Assembly (NCBI GenBank): GCA_051362555.1 | Contig: CM120641.1 | Span: 23,628,401 to 23,692,400, forward strand | DNA from: Lingula anatina | Taxonomy: Eukaryota > Animalia > Brachiopoda | DNA length: 64,000 nucleotides | Direction of reading: 5' to 3' | Shown here: piece after piece, positions 1-14,600 of the stretch | How positions within the stretch are numbered: the stretch's first letter is position 1 | Layout: each line of letters begins with the position of its first letter | Notes under the pieces: generated by a model | Databases searched by the model: none | What the model was told of the DNA's origin: nothing | Seen by the model: the letters and a program-made list of their open reading frames with translations, nothing else | Made by a program: the position numbers and the translations under genes

Positions 1-89
1 GATGACAAGAGCAGGTACTCCATGGACGCATTGGTGAAAGAACTACTGCAGGTACTTACTATTATTATTGTTGTTGTTGTTGTTGTTAC

Positions 90-126
<37 letters not shown>

Positions 127-2622
127 TCTCTAAAGGAATGTAATCAAACATCGTTTGAATCAAATGTGCTGCAGTAAATAAGGTTGCTAGTAACTTTTAC
201 ATTGAGACTTATTTAACATGAAAACAGACCCGCAGTTATGATAGTATTTGGCATCTCATTTCAGGGTGGCATGCAAGAAGAAACGCGTGCTAAGTTGAGC
301 CTGATAAATTTAGTGGATCCACCGATGAAGCCTTACATGGTAGACTTTCCAAAGGAAGGGACCATTTATGATTACAAATTCCTCAAAGAGGTAGGAAATA
401 ATTTTCTCTGTTTTTCAAAAATTGTTTGTCAATCCCCAATTTAAATACCACTGGTAAAATCAATCTTACAAGGTGTTACAAAATCATATTTGTATGTTCA
501 TCATATTTTTGTACAAATAAGACCTATCAGCTAATTCTGGGTTTGCATTACAGGGTAATGGCAAATGGCAGAAATGGGACCTGGATATCAAAGATGCTCC
601 CCCTATCCCCAAGGATGCCCTGTTCAATGAGATCATTGTCCCCACTGTGGACACCGTACGCTATACCCACCTGATGATGACACTGGTCACACATCAGAAG
701 ACTTGCCTCTTTGTGGGACCCACTGGGACAGGAAAAAGTTGTTATATCATTGTGAGTTAGCATTCATTCATTTCACATGCACCCTCCATTTCTAAAGAAA
801 TTATTTATTTATTTTTCATTGTTTATTGAAATGATATTTGATCAAATATGTATTAGGTTATGCTGGTCAAGTTAAGACAGATTGTTTGTACTGAAGGATT
901 ATCAGCTTCAATACAGCATTAGGTCAAGTTATTGACCACCCTTTGGTTGCATCTACTTGGTAGTGAAATAGCTTTTATTTTAATCCTTTGTAGGACTTCC
1001 TGCTGAACAAACTAGACAAAGATGTGTACAAACCTAACATAGTGAACTTCTCAGCCCAGACCACCTGCAACCAAACCCAGAACATCATCATGTCCAAGCT
1101 GGACAAGAGGAGGAAGGGAGTGTTTGGTCCACCCCTGGGAAAGAAGGCTGTAAGTAAAACAATACATACATCACACAGTGTAGCAATGATTTAAATCCAG
1201 TCAACAATTACATTATTTCTGTGTATTAGATAAAATGCCTCATAGTATGCTTCTATATAACATTTTGATATCCTGTGGCTTACGTTTCAGATTGTATTTG
1301 TTGATGACCTGAACATGCCAATGAGAGAGACGTACCTTGCCCAGCCTCCTATAGAGTTACTGAGGCAGTGGATGGACCACTGGAACTGGTATGACCTCAA
1401 GGACACCACCATGATCAAACTGATAGATATCCAGCTGATGGCAGCCATGGGACCACCAGGTACAGTGAACAGTAGAATTAACGACTGAGTTCTGAAAACA
1501 ATTTCACATTTAACTTTTCTTTTATTCATGTTTTTTAACATTAAAATGATTAGTAGTAGTGTATATTTGTTGTGCTGATATTTGATAAGAGTGCAATTTT
1601 CATTAAAAGTTGGTATGCTTCTCCTCATAGGTGGTGGTCGCAACCCGGTGACTCCCAGAATGCTGCGCCATTTCAACACTATCACCATGAATGAGTTTGA
1701 CAATGAATCTATGAGTACAATATTCAGGAGAATCATGGACTGGCACATTACTTCAAAGTGAGTATTTTATTCAAATAGAAATTTAATTAAATAGGGATAT
1801 TTGATGATGTAAAAAAAAAAAGGAAAACTTTCTTTTCAACTCTTATAAATAGCTCTGAATATTTCCACTTGACTTTATTTCATCCACTATTATTGTAAAG
1901 GGTATATTTTATGTAAGGGGAATTACTTCACTGTGATGACCGCTCTCATTTTCCAGGGGTTTCTCCAAGCAGTTCAATGCCTGTGTAGACATGGTGGTCA
2001 GTGGTACTATGGATGTCTATAAGAAATCTCTGGAGATGTTGCTGCCCACCCCAGCCAAGTCCCACTACCTGTTTAACCTGCGTGACTTCAGCAGAGTGGT
2101 CCAGGGCGTCCTGCTGTCCATACCTGACACCACAGAGGAACCCGCCTCCATGAAGAGGCTCTGGGTTCATGAGGTGGGTACTTATTGGATTACTGTTAAA
2201 TAGATTTTCTTTTATGCTACCTTTGTGCTAGTCAAATGGAGTTCTCTACATTATATATCATTTATTTTTTTGTGAAATTATTGAAAATAGTTTTTTGTCC
2301 ATACATTTGACACAAAGTTCTTCTTTCCAACCAGGTGTTCCGAGTGTTCTATGACAGGTTGGTGGATGATGCAGACAGGAGCTGGCTCTATGGGTATGTT
2401 AGAGAAGTCGTGAAGACCAGACTGAGTGAAGATTTTGATCAACTTTTCATCCATTTGGATTCTGATGGAGATAATAAGGTATGGATATAACGGAATCAGA
2501 TTTTTTGAGAAAAAAAAATCAGAATTTTAGCAAATAATTTTCATTATTTAGAATGAGATTAAATTTTTTGTCTTTACTCAAAATAATTTAACAGAATTTT
2601 TCTTGTCAGATATATATATATA

Positions 2623-2681
<59 letters not shown>

Positions 2682-5600
2682 TTGTATTTTCCAACAATGG
2701 AAATAGTTATTCATACTTTCCTTACTTTACTTCCAGGTAACTGAGGATGACTTGCGTAGCTTGTTGTTCTGTGACTTTGCTGATCCAAAGTCAGATGCTA
2801 AGAACTACATTGAGATCCGTGACCTGAACTCTCTGACCACTGTTGTGGAGGGCTACCTGGATGAGTTCAATAATATGAGCAAGAAACCTATGAACCTTGT
2901 CATGTTTAGGTAATTGTATGCTTATTATCATTATTTTTATTGTTATTCTTATTGAACATGATATAGCTCCACATTTTCACAAATATAACATTCCTATATT
3001 CTGCAAAAAAAATACATTTTAGTCATCAGTTTTCAAATTTAAGTATGATTAATCTTTACATTATTTTTGGATATGTTTTGTTGCATGTATGTTAAGTTTT
3101 AAGTTTTGAATGTCTTAAACCAAGAACTACTGGTACCTTATAACTTTCACTGCTCATGTATGACCTCCCTGTAACTTACAGATTTGCCATTGAGCATGTG
3201 TCACGTATCTCCCGAATCATCAAGCTGCCCAGAAGTCACGCTTTGTTGGTGGGAGTTGGAGGATCTGGACGTCAGTCTCTTACCAGGCTGGCTGCACATA
3301 TGTCAGACTATGATCTGCATCAGGTAATTGATGAACACATAGCCTACAGCTTGGAGACAGTGTTAGATGGGAAAGAATAGAATGTGTACAGAAGACTGCT
3401 TTGCATGTTTTGATTTCCCATTTAGTTGGTGTTTATAGACAAATAATGATGACTTGCATTTTAGAATGGCAAGGTGGCATAAAATGAAATGTGAGTTATG
3501 AAAATCAGAACAGATATGTTGACAACAAATAGCCATGAAATGTGTTGCCCTTTCCAGGTTGAGATCAGCAAAAGTTACACCAGTGTAGAATGGCGTGAAG
3601 ATCTCAAACTTATCCTGCGTAAGTCTACAGAGACTGATCAGCATGCTGTGTTCCTGTTCTCAGACACACAGGTGAGCAGGGGATTTGATGCTGAAAATTG
3701 GAAAAAATGAAAATCCTTTTAAAAAGTTACAAAAAAAAAAAAAAATAATAATAATAAAATTATGAAACAATGATAATGAAAACATCTGTGAAATTTTCTT
3801 CTGTTCATTTGGTAAGGAACTTTGGTGACTTTCAAATATAATGTTTCTTTATAGATCAAACAAGAATCCTTCCTGGAGGATATCAACAACTTATTAAACT
3901 CTGGAGAAGTTCCTAACCTTTACCCTGCTGATGAGAAGGCTGAAGTCTGTGAGAAAATGAGGCAAATTGACAGGTAAAACTCCAGGAGTAGAAATAATGT
4001 TCCAGTAACCAATAGGAGCTGTACTAGTACTACAGACACTTGAGAAATAGTATATAACATAACTTTCCAGTTTGATGCTTAGATATGTTGTACACCAACA
4101 CCCTAGTGCTTATATAATTTAATGTGGTTTTCTTATTGCAGACAACGGGACAAGAGCAAACAAACAGATGGCTCCCCTGTCAGTTTGTTTAACATGTTTG
4201 TTGGGAGATGTAGAGATCAGCTCCATATTGTACTGGCCATGAGCCCTATTGGTGATGCATTCAGGAACAGACTGAGGAAGTTCCCCTCTTTGGTCAACTG
4301 CTGTACTATAGATTGGTTCCAGGTGTGTAGAACAGTGTGTGGGAGGTGTGACAATGTGTTAGGTGTGGCATTGTGATAGGTGTTACAGTTTTCTAGGTGT
4401 GGTAGCATTCTAGGTTTGACCGTTATTTATTAAAGCATTTCTGAAAAACAAAAATTACACATTTTGGTACTAAATTTTATAGCTTATCACTGTGTTTGTC
4501 TTCCCCAGTCCTGGCCAGAGGATGCCCTGCAGGCTGTAGCCACACGCTTCCTTGATGACATAGAGATGGAGGACAACATCCGATTTGGCTGTATTTCTAT
4601 GTGTAAGGATTTCCACACCACCACCAGAGAGCTCTCAGAGAGGTTCCTGAATGAACTGGAGAGACACAACTACGTGACGCCCACATCCTACCTGGAGCTC
4701 ATCAACACTTTCAAAGAACTGCTCAACAAGAAGAGAGAGTGAGTGTTGTGTTCCATGTTTATGTGCCATTCTTTACAATGTTGTGTTCCATGCTTATGTG
4801 CCATTATTTACCAGCATAATATCATTACTGTTGTTCTGTATTATGATGATTATGATATGCCAAAGCAGCATTTGATATATTTCATTCATTCCATACAGTC
4901 AAGTGACAATGATTGTGAAAAAATATGAAATATGTTCACTGCTTTGATGTATGAATGCCATTTCTCCTCCAGCGAGGTGATGAAAGCCAAGAGGAGATAC
5001 GAGGTGGGTCTGGAAAAGCTCCAGTCTGCAGCCTCGCAGGTGGCCGTAATGCAGCAGGAGCTGACTGACCTGCAGCCACAGCTGGTGGTGGCCAGTAAGG
5101 AGGTGGAACAGATCATGATCAAAGTGGAGTCCGAGTCAGTGGAGGTGGCCAAAGTTGAGAAGGTGAGAGCATGGCCTAGTGCTTCTTTTTTTACTGTTTA
5201 ATGCACTGAACTTTGTGGTATTCTACAAGTTGATATTTTGACTTACATATAGTGAGAGGGATGGCTTGAAATTGTAGATTGACAGTTCTGTATTGTGTCA
5301 TACATTATTATCATGTTTTGCCTCAAATGAAATTCTGCACATGACATTTTATTTATTCCAGGTTGTGAAAGCTGATGAAGCTGTTGCCAATGAGCAGGCT
5401 TCGGCTGCTAAAGCTATCTCAGATGAATGTGAAGCTGACTTGTCGGAGGCCATTCCAATCCTGAACAGTGCTCTGGCAGCTTTAGACACCCTCACACCAC
5501 AGGTATACAGGACTTCAGTTGTGATTTGAGAAGTTTTTTAAGAATAAAGTTGGTAGATTTACAAAACAAGATGAGATATTACATGTGGCGCTCATCTTTT

Positions 5601-8600
5601 ATTTGTTAAAAAAATCTGCTCAGAAAAAAGGGTAGAATTTTCAAGCAAGTAATGTTCCTGTGCTGATTACTGTACTGCATCTTTTGCCTGGATTAACAAT
5701 CTATTTAATTTACTTAATTTATTTAATTTAATGCAGGACATCACCCTGGTGAAATCTATGAAGAGCCCTCCATATGGTGTCAAGCTTGTTATGGAGTCTA
5801 TCTGTGTACTAAAAGGAATCAAACCAGAACGTATACCAGACCCCTCAGGGTCAGGCAAGAAGATAGAGGATTACTGGGGACCGTCTAAGAAACTGTTGGG
5901 TGACATGAAGTTCCTGGAATCCCTGCATTCTTATGACAAGGTAACTTTGCTTTGGAAATTGTTTAACTTGTGTTTTGTGAGCAAGCAAAATTACATCACA
6001 ATTGACACATTACTGAGAGCAATTATTTACTTATTTGTTTGCTTATTTGTTAATATTTTGAGATATATTTAGAAATTGTATACCCGCTATTACTTTACTA
6101 TTTCTCAAAAGCAAAAGGTTGATATTTTTTGCATGTTTTTCTCTGTCTTCCAGGACAACATACCCCCAGCAGTGATCAAGATTATCAGGGAGAAATATGT
6201 CACCAATCCTGACTTTGTTCCTGAGAAGATCAAGACTGCCTCCACTGCAGCTGAGGGTCTCTGCAAGTGGGTTAGAGCTATGGAATCCTATGACAAGTAA
6301 GTCTCTTTTTTTTTTTTACAGCACTCAGCTATTCAAAGCCTTGATGAGAAGTTTATTCTTTGATGCTCAATTGCATTTAAATATTGGGAAATAATTGTGT
6401 TGAAAATTTTGTGTTTCTGGAAATAGTTTTCATAAAAGTTCTAGTTTCCTCTGATTTCCTGATAAAAGAAGTGTTTGTTTTTTTATATATAATTTAATAC
6501 CTTTCTCTTCAGGGTGGCTAAGGTGGTGGCACCCAAGAAAGAAGCCCTTAAGAAGGCTAATGCTGAGCTAGCAGTTGCCATGGCTGCACTGGAGAAAAAG
6601 AGGGCAGCACTGAAAGAAGTCCAGGACAAGCTGGCTAGACTGACAGAGCAGTTAGAGCACAACAAACAGAAGAAGGTGGACTTGGAGAACCAGGTGGATC
6701 TCTGTGAGAAGAAACTGGAGAGGGCTGAGCAGTTGATTGGAGGTCTAGGTGGTGAGAAGGACAGATGGAGCCAGTCTGCTGAAGAACTTGGCATTAAGTA
6801 TATCAACCTGACTGGAGATGTACTGGTCTCTTCTGGCTTGGTGGCCTATCTGGGAGCTTTCACTTCATCATTCAGACAGGTAGGTTACCTGGAATGTAGG
6901 ATGGCAATTTAGTTTCAAATAGAGGATGGCAATGATATGTGTGTGTGTGTGTGTGTGCGTGTGCGTGTGCGTGCGTGTGCGTGCGTGCGTGCATGCACAT
7001 ATGTATCTTTGTATAAACATAAATTTGTGTACATGTCCTTGTATGCTACAAGACCACCAAAATTTCATATGGATCACACTTAATGTCTTAATTAAGTGGA
7101 ATAAAGGCAGCGCATTTAAACATCAAGATCCTGTTAAGTGTGCACTGAGTACACATTTGTGGTGTTTTTCCTAGGAACAAGCCAAGACGTGGCAGAATAG
7201 TGTGGTCAGTAAGAATATTCCATGTTCCCCAGTGTTCTCCCTGGTCACTACTCTGGGAGACCCAGTGGCCATCAGGTCATGGAACATCTGTGGTCTGCCC
7301 ACTGACAACTTCTCTGTGGAAAATGGTATCATTATCAGGTACATTATACATGATTGAGTTTTCATGTGAATGGGAAAAAAAGTGTAGTAAATAACTCACT
7401 GTACGTTGTTGACATAAAGTCAGTTTTTAATAGCTGTTATTCTTTATGTTTTTCTGCTCTTTTTTATTATTATACCTTAAAGCTGATATTATTATACCTT
7501 AAACTTTCGGCTTTTGAGGCTATTTGGTGCTTCTCATAGGTGTGGCAGCAGTTTTATGCCTGAACAAATTATCATTGTAAAGTTGTTTTTGAGAAGTCAG
7601 TAACTGATCATTTATTTTTTCAGTAATGCTCGTCGTTGGCCCCTCATGATAGATCCCCAGGGCCAGGCCAATAAGTGGATCAAGAACATGGAGAAAGCAA
7701 ACCAGTTGGCTGTTATCAAACTCAGTGATAGTGACTTTGTCAGGTCCCTGGAGAATGCTATACAGTTTGGAACTCCAGTAAGTGTATGAATTGACATCAG
7801 AATAGAAATTTAAGTAAGGCTTTTAAATAAACAGTGGTCTATGCAAAAAGACATATATGTCATGGTATGGTCTATCGGGTCAGGTAAGTTAAGTCAATTA
7901 ACACTTGTTAATTAAGAAGTGAGATGTTTGCAGATATGTCATTAAGATTAACCATTTTCCAGGACACTGATATATCTTTCATGTATCCAACAGGTACTGC
8001 TGGAGAATGTACTTGAAGAAATAGATCCAATGTTGGAGCCCCTGTTATTGAAGCAGACATTCAAGCAGGGTGGTAGTCTGTGTATAAAGCTGGGAGACAG
8101 TACGATAGAGTACTCACATGACTTCAGGTTTTATATGACCACCAAGCTGAGGAATCCACATTACTTGCCTGAGACCTCTGTCAAGGTTCGTAGAAAAAAA
8201 AAGACATTTTTTGCTTAAAATTTCATAGATTATGGATATCCTGTGTTTTTTTCCTAAAATGATTTTCTTTGGTATGAAAGTTGCTGGGTTTTTTTTTGCA
8301 TTTTTTGCATGGCATAAAATGGCATAGATCATCAATTCATATTAAATCGAGCTTATAACTACATTTTGTTTGAACTCTGCCCCACTTTCCTTCAGGTGAC
8401 CTTGTTGAACTTTATGATCACCCCAGAGGGTCTTCAGGACCAGCTACTGGGTATTGTGGTAGCCAGAGAGAGACCAGAGCTGGAGGAGGAGAAGAATGCA
8501 CTCATTCTACAGAGCGCAGAGAACAAAAGGCTGCTCAAAGAAATTGAGGACAAAATCCTGATGGTCCTGTCTACATCAGAGGGCAACATCCTTGAGGATG

Positions 8601-11600
8601 AGACGGCCATTAAAGTGCTGTCCTCCTCCAAGGTCCTGGCCAATGAGATCTCGGAGAAACAGGCCATTGCTGAGGAAACTGAGCAGAAGATTGACAAGAC
8701 ACGTATGGGCTACACTCCCATTGCTGTGCATTCCACCATCCTGTTCTTCTCCATTGCTGACCTGGCCAACATAGAGCCTATGTACCAGTACTCTCTAACC
8801 TGGTTCATCAACCTCTTCATACTGTCCATTGACAATGCAGAGAAGTCTGAGGATCTGGACACTAGGCTGCTGAACCTGAAGAACCACTTCACTTATAGCT
8901 TGTATTGCAACATCTGCAGATCTCTGTTTGAAAAGGACAAGGTAGGAAGATTATTATTCTGTTAAGTCTCTCTGACATGAAGAGCTTAGTCTTGATCCTC
9001 AGGGCATTCAGAAAGATGGAAGAACATGAAACATGAATTTAAACCACATTGTTAATAGTGTGTGCAAAGCAAAATGTTTGATTGAGAAAAATAAACTGAT
9101 GGTCTGGGCCATAGGTTTGGGGGAGGTTAAAATGAACTGCCCTTTAAGCCCCCTCTGAATCAAATCTTGGTCTAGTTTCTATACTTACTAATGAAAGAAA
9201 TGTAAATTTCACTGTACAGAAGTCTATACTTGTTCTCAAAAGAACCCCCCTTTGAAATTGCTAGATACATATATTTTTATTTCAATTTCTAGCTGCTGTT
9301 CTCATTCTTGCTGTGTGTGAACATGTTGAAGCATGACAAAGAGATAGACGAGGAGGAGTGGAGGTTCCTGCTGACTGGAGGCGTGGGACTGGACAACCCC
9401 CATAGTAACCCCTCCACCTGGCTGCCGATCAAGTCCTGGGATGAATTCTGTCGTCTGGATGACCTGCCTCACTTCAAAGGACTCCGACAGAAGTTCATCA
9501 CATATAAAGACCAGTGGAAAACCATTTATGACAGTTTGGTGGGTATATTGATTATAGTCAGTATATCTCATTGGTATTTATATAAAGTGTGTTATTAAAT
9601 GTTGTTACTGGGGTATAATAATATAGTTTTATGTATCCTATGTAACTGCTGTCTAAATAATGTGCTGGTATATTCTATGTCTTCTGAATGTTTTTGTGGC
9701 AGGTATTTGTAGAAAGCTTCAATTTTGAATATCACAGTATGATTTTAAGCTAAGATATATATTTCATACTTGCTTTTCATATTTCTAGGAACCCAATAAA
9801 GAGCCTTTGCCTGGGGATTCCAATGAAAAACTGAACACTTTCCAGAAAATGCTGGTTCTCCGCTGTCTAAGGCCGGACAAGGTAAGCTTTTTGATTCAGT
9901 TTCACTCTGAAAACAACTAAAAATGTTCAACTGATAGAGGAAAATGGCTGCCATGTGAAGTTTTGAAATTGTTTTGATGTATTCAAACTGTCTGTTTCCT
10001 TAGATTGTCCCAGCAGTCCAGAGTTTTGTGACAGAAAAGATTGGGAAGAAGTACATAGAGCCTCCACCATTTGACCTTCCCAAGGCTTATGGTGACAGTA
10101 ACTGCTGTGCCCCTCTGTTGTTTGTACTGTCTCCTGGTGCAGATCCCACAGCTGCACTGCTCAAGTTTGCTGATGATCAGGTATGTAAATGTCTACAACA
10201 TTTGCCTTTATACATCTCTGTTGTTTGTAGTGTCTCCTGGTTAGTTACTACATGCTGTACTGCCCAAGTTTGCTATTAACCATCAAGTTTTCAGAAACAT
10301 GTTGCTTTCGTTTATTATTTGCCATATTTTTTACATTTGTTATAAAAGTGAAGATAGTTTGAAGTATTATGTGCATATTTTTTTCTTCCAGGGTTTTGGT
10401 GGTGCAAAGTTTGAGTCTCTCTCCCTAGGTCAGGGCCAGGGCCCCATTGCTATCAGGCTGATAGATAAAGGCAAAAAAGAAGGGACATGGGTCCTGCTCC
10501 AAAACTGTCACTTGTCCTCTTCATGGATGCCTACACTGGAGAAGATTTGTGAGGTAAGAATGCTAGTTATTGTCCAAATTTTTGATATAAAAAATCTGTT
10601 TATATACTTCCACATATATTGGTAATTATAGGCCTATTGTTTATAATAAGATATATGGGCTCATGTATGTTCATTCTCTTAATATCAATCCTAGGAGTTT
10701 AACCCAGATGAGACTCACCCAGACTTTAGGATGTGGCTGACTAGCTACCCATCCAATGATTTCCCAGTGTCCATCCTGCAAAATGGTGTCAAGATGACCA
10801 ATGAACCACCAAAGGGGATCCGTTTCAATGTCATCAGATCCTATGGCAGCGACCCCATCTCAGATCCAGAATTCTTTGGTGGAGTCAAAAACCAGGTTGG
10901 TGTTTGACTTGATGCAGAAGACTGAATATCTAATTTTGTGAAGACACTAATCTTTAAATGCAACTATGTTTGTGTGCTGTCTTTATGTGTTATCACCCCG
11001 GAGGGCAAACTGAGGATACATTTTCTTGTTCTAAATAATGATGATTTATTTTTGTTCCATTCCCAGTCGGCTTTCAAGAAACTCCTGTACGGCCTGTGCT
11101 TCTTCCATGCCTTGGTGCAGGAGAGGAGGAAGTTTGGTCCCCTTGGTTGGAACATTCCATACGAGTTCAATGAAACTGACCTGAGAATTAGTGTTATGCA
11201 GTTGGCTATGTTCTTGAACCAGTATGATGTGAGTATTTGTACTGTAGTCATCTGTCAGTATTGCACAGTATTGGTTAGTTTGTTTTGATATGTGATATTC
11301 AGATATATGTATTTGTAGAAGTTCCAGCTATGTTATCTTGAAAGTTAATGTCACGGTTAACATGTTAACAGGATCACGGTTTATAACAATAATAAATGTA
11401 AATAAAGGTTAAATCAGTTAGTGTGTGTGCGCTTGTGTGTGTGTGTCATAAAATACATTCAAACGGGACATTAAGTTACTACTTCAGGTGAGAGAAAAGA
11501 AATGAAATAAGACTGCCGCTAAAAGAAAAAGTTCTTAACCATCAACTAATATACTTTGTTTGCTATTAAAAAGAGATATGGCAGTAAGATAAAAACTTTT

Positions 11601-14600
11601 TTTTAAATCTCTTGCTTCCTCTAAAAATTAAAAGGCTGTTTTGTGTGTTTGTATCTAGGACATCCAATATGATGCTATTCGTTACCTGACTGGAGAGTGT
11701 AACTATGGCGGCCGTGTGACTGATGACAAGGACAGACGTACTCTCACCTGTATCCTGAACAGGTTCTACACGCCTGAGATCATCAATGACGAAAACTTCA
11801 AGCTGGATGGACCTGATGGATCATTTTTAATTCCACCTGAGGGTGATGTATGTATAACAGAGACACACATCATACTGTTTGAGATTCATGTGTTGTATTA
11901 GAAAAAAGAAAGATTTTAAATTAATGTATTTTTAACACATTTACTTGTCTTTCATGCTTGTTCAGGATAACTTTTTTAAATTAAAATTTGTATAAATAAA
12001 GCATTTTGATAATTTGTATTATAGAAATGGTGGCTTGGGGTTGTAACTTTTCAACACTTGAACATCTATGAGTTCTCAGCAATGTGTTGTGTTACACTTG
12101 AACATGCATCCATGAGTTCTCAGCAATGTGTTTGTGTTTATTTCAGTACGAGAGTTACATTGAGTACACTAAGGGTTTCCCCTTGAACCCATCCCCGGAA
12201 GCCTTTGGAATGAATTCTAATGCTGATATCACTAAGGACCAGAAGGAAACCAACCTTCTGTTTGACAACATTCTGCTGACACAGGTAATGACTAGCTATT
12301 AAATAAAGTGTTGATAACAATAGATAACTCTACTCAAATAAATAAGTACATTAGTGGTTTTAGATTAGAGACCGTGCTCACTAAATTTATCATTACTTAT
12401 TAGCAATATTATTTTAGAGGGGGTGGGGTGGCAAGCAATCCTTTTTTTATAATTCTAATATGTATTAAATTCCAAAAGTTACTGTATTAAGATAAACTTG
12501 GAGTCAATTAGGTTTGTACAAAAGTATCAGTGTGTTACAGTTCAAAAGAAAAGTAGAAATATTCTAATTTTTTTGTTTTTTAATTGCAATATGTCTTCTA
12601 TGTGTTACATGTTTAATGTTTGTTTTACAATACAAGTTACAAACAGATACTAATACTGTCCAATCACAACTTGACAATATTCTGATATTGTTTTTTTTTT
12701 AACTAATAAACAACTTGTTCCTCTTCCCTGCCATTCATCTGGTGATGGCTACAGAAAAGGGTAAGCCAGGATGTGGTACTAGTGCCAGCAGCCTAAATAT
12801 CCTACTGCCATCCTTACACCCATATCTTCTTCCAGCTTTCACAGATACATGTAGTCTTGTGCTAGTTATCAAATGATTCTACATAACTAGCAGGCACAGC
12901 TAGTGTAGAAAAGATGACTAGAACCATAGAGGACCATTGATAGATATCATTGATATGCCATATTATCAAGTAGTTCATAGTGTTATTGTTTTTTTTTTCA
13001 ACAAATGCTATAAATTGCAAATCTTTTCATAGAAGGCTTAATAGTAAGTTTTCAATTAACACCCTTGTACTTCTCAATCAGCAATCTCTCGAAAGATGGC
13101 CATAATTGTCTAATTACATAAATTGCCCTCTCTGTCTCTTTTATTGGGTTAGACACTTAGTAAAAAAAATGATAAATCAAGCTGATTAGTAAAAAAATGA
13201 GCAAGTTGTAGAATAGTATCTGGAATCCACAATATTTTATAGTGCCATTTTAGAAATACCACCCAATAACTGGTCTACAGCTTTTTAAAGCATATTCAAC
13301 AGATTCCTCAAAAGTGTGCTCTCTAATCTAATCTAGTCTAGTTAGTCTAGCTCCATTCCAGGTTGCTAGCATGCATGTCTTCCTGCCTTCTATTCCAGCT
13401 AGTGCATGTCTCCAGCATGTGCTCTGTTCCCGATTCCTGTGTCCTTGTCCAGCATGTGTTCTGTTCCAAATCCCTGCGTCCCTGTCTTGTCCTCCACATT
13501 GCTTGTGGCTTCTACATAATGAATGATTGGTTTGATTGGACCTGAAGCATGAGATGCATGAGTTTTGAAAACACACTTGCATGATTTCACTGACATTGAT
13601 ATGACTTCATTGAGATGGGTTTTTGAACATGAGTGTCTTTGTTAATACAGTATAAAAGTCTTTTTTTTTAGCATTTTCAGGAATTTGATTTAATTGTTGA
13701 TTTGTAAATACATTTCATCTCTGAGTATAAAATATTTAAAAATTATTAACACTTTATATGAAGTCATATTTAGTACAAAAACTTACTTAAAGAGCAAATG
13801 GTGTACATATGTTGTTTTTCTTCACAGGCTAAAGCTTCCTCTGGTGGTGGAAAGTCCACAGATGATGTTGTTGACGAGGTCTGTGAGGACATCTTAAACA
13901 AACTGCCACCAAACTTCGACACGGAGGCAGCATTAAGGAAGTACCCCACCTCCTACAAGCAGAGCATGAACACCGTGTTGGTCCAAGAGATGGTCAGGTT
14001 TAACAAATTACTGATCACTATCAGATCCAGTCTGCAGAACATTAGGAAGGCTATCAAGGTAAAGAAACACAGACACTTCATTACAGCACTGGCATGCTGA
14101 AACTATTGGTCAAACTTTATCATGACTGATAAAAGTTTCACGGCCTGGTACACAATTGTGTTCAGTCATGCCAAGAAACTTGCAGCAATTTTAAGAGACG
14201 TCATGTTGAATTTAGTGCAAGTCAAGCAAAAAATCCTTTGGTCTGAGACATTTTTTTCATCACTGATTGTCCAAATGTCTGGCTGTTTTTATGTTTTCAG
14301 CATGTCTGAGAGCACAGAGCCCTAGACCAGCTTTAATTGTGGACAATATCTATACATTGCTGTGGAGGGTTTTGTCATAAAACACTGGAGAGTACTTTAG
14401 ACATCACTTGAATAGCCCTTTACTATACACACCATGGGCAATAGAAGTGTCACCCCCTGAATCAGAGTAATCAAATAATAATCAAGTAATCAATAATCAA
14501 AGTAGGTAGATCTTGAGTAGTTATAATGCCTGGTCTACATTTAGTTTTTTTGTGAAATTTGATAAAATTATACCAGGAGCAAATCATTCCACAGTCATTT

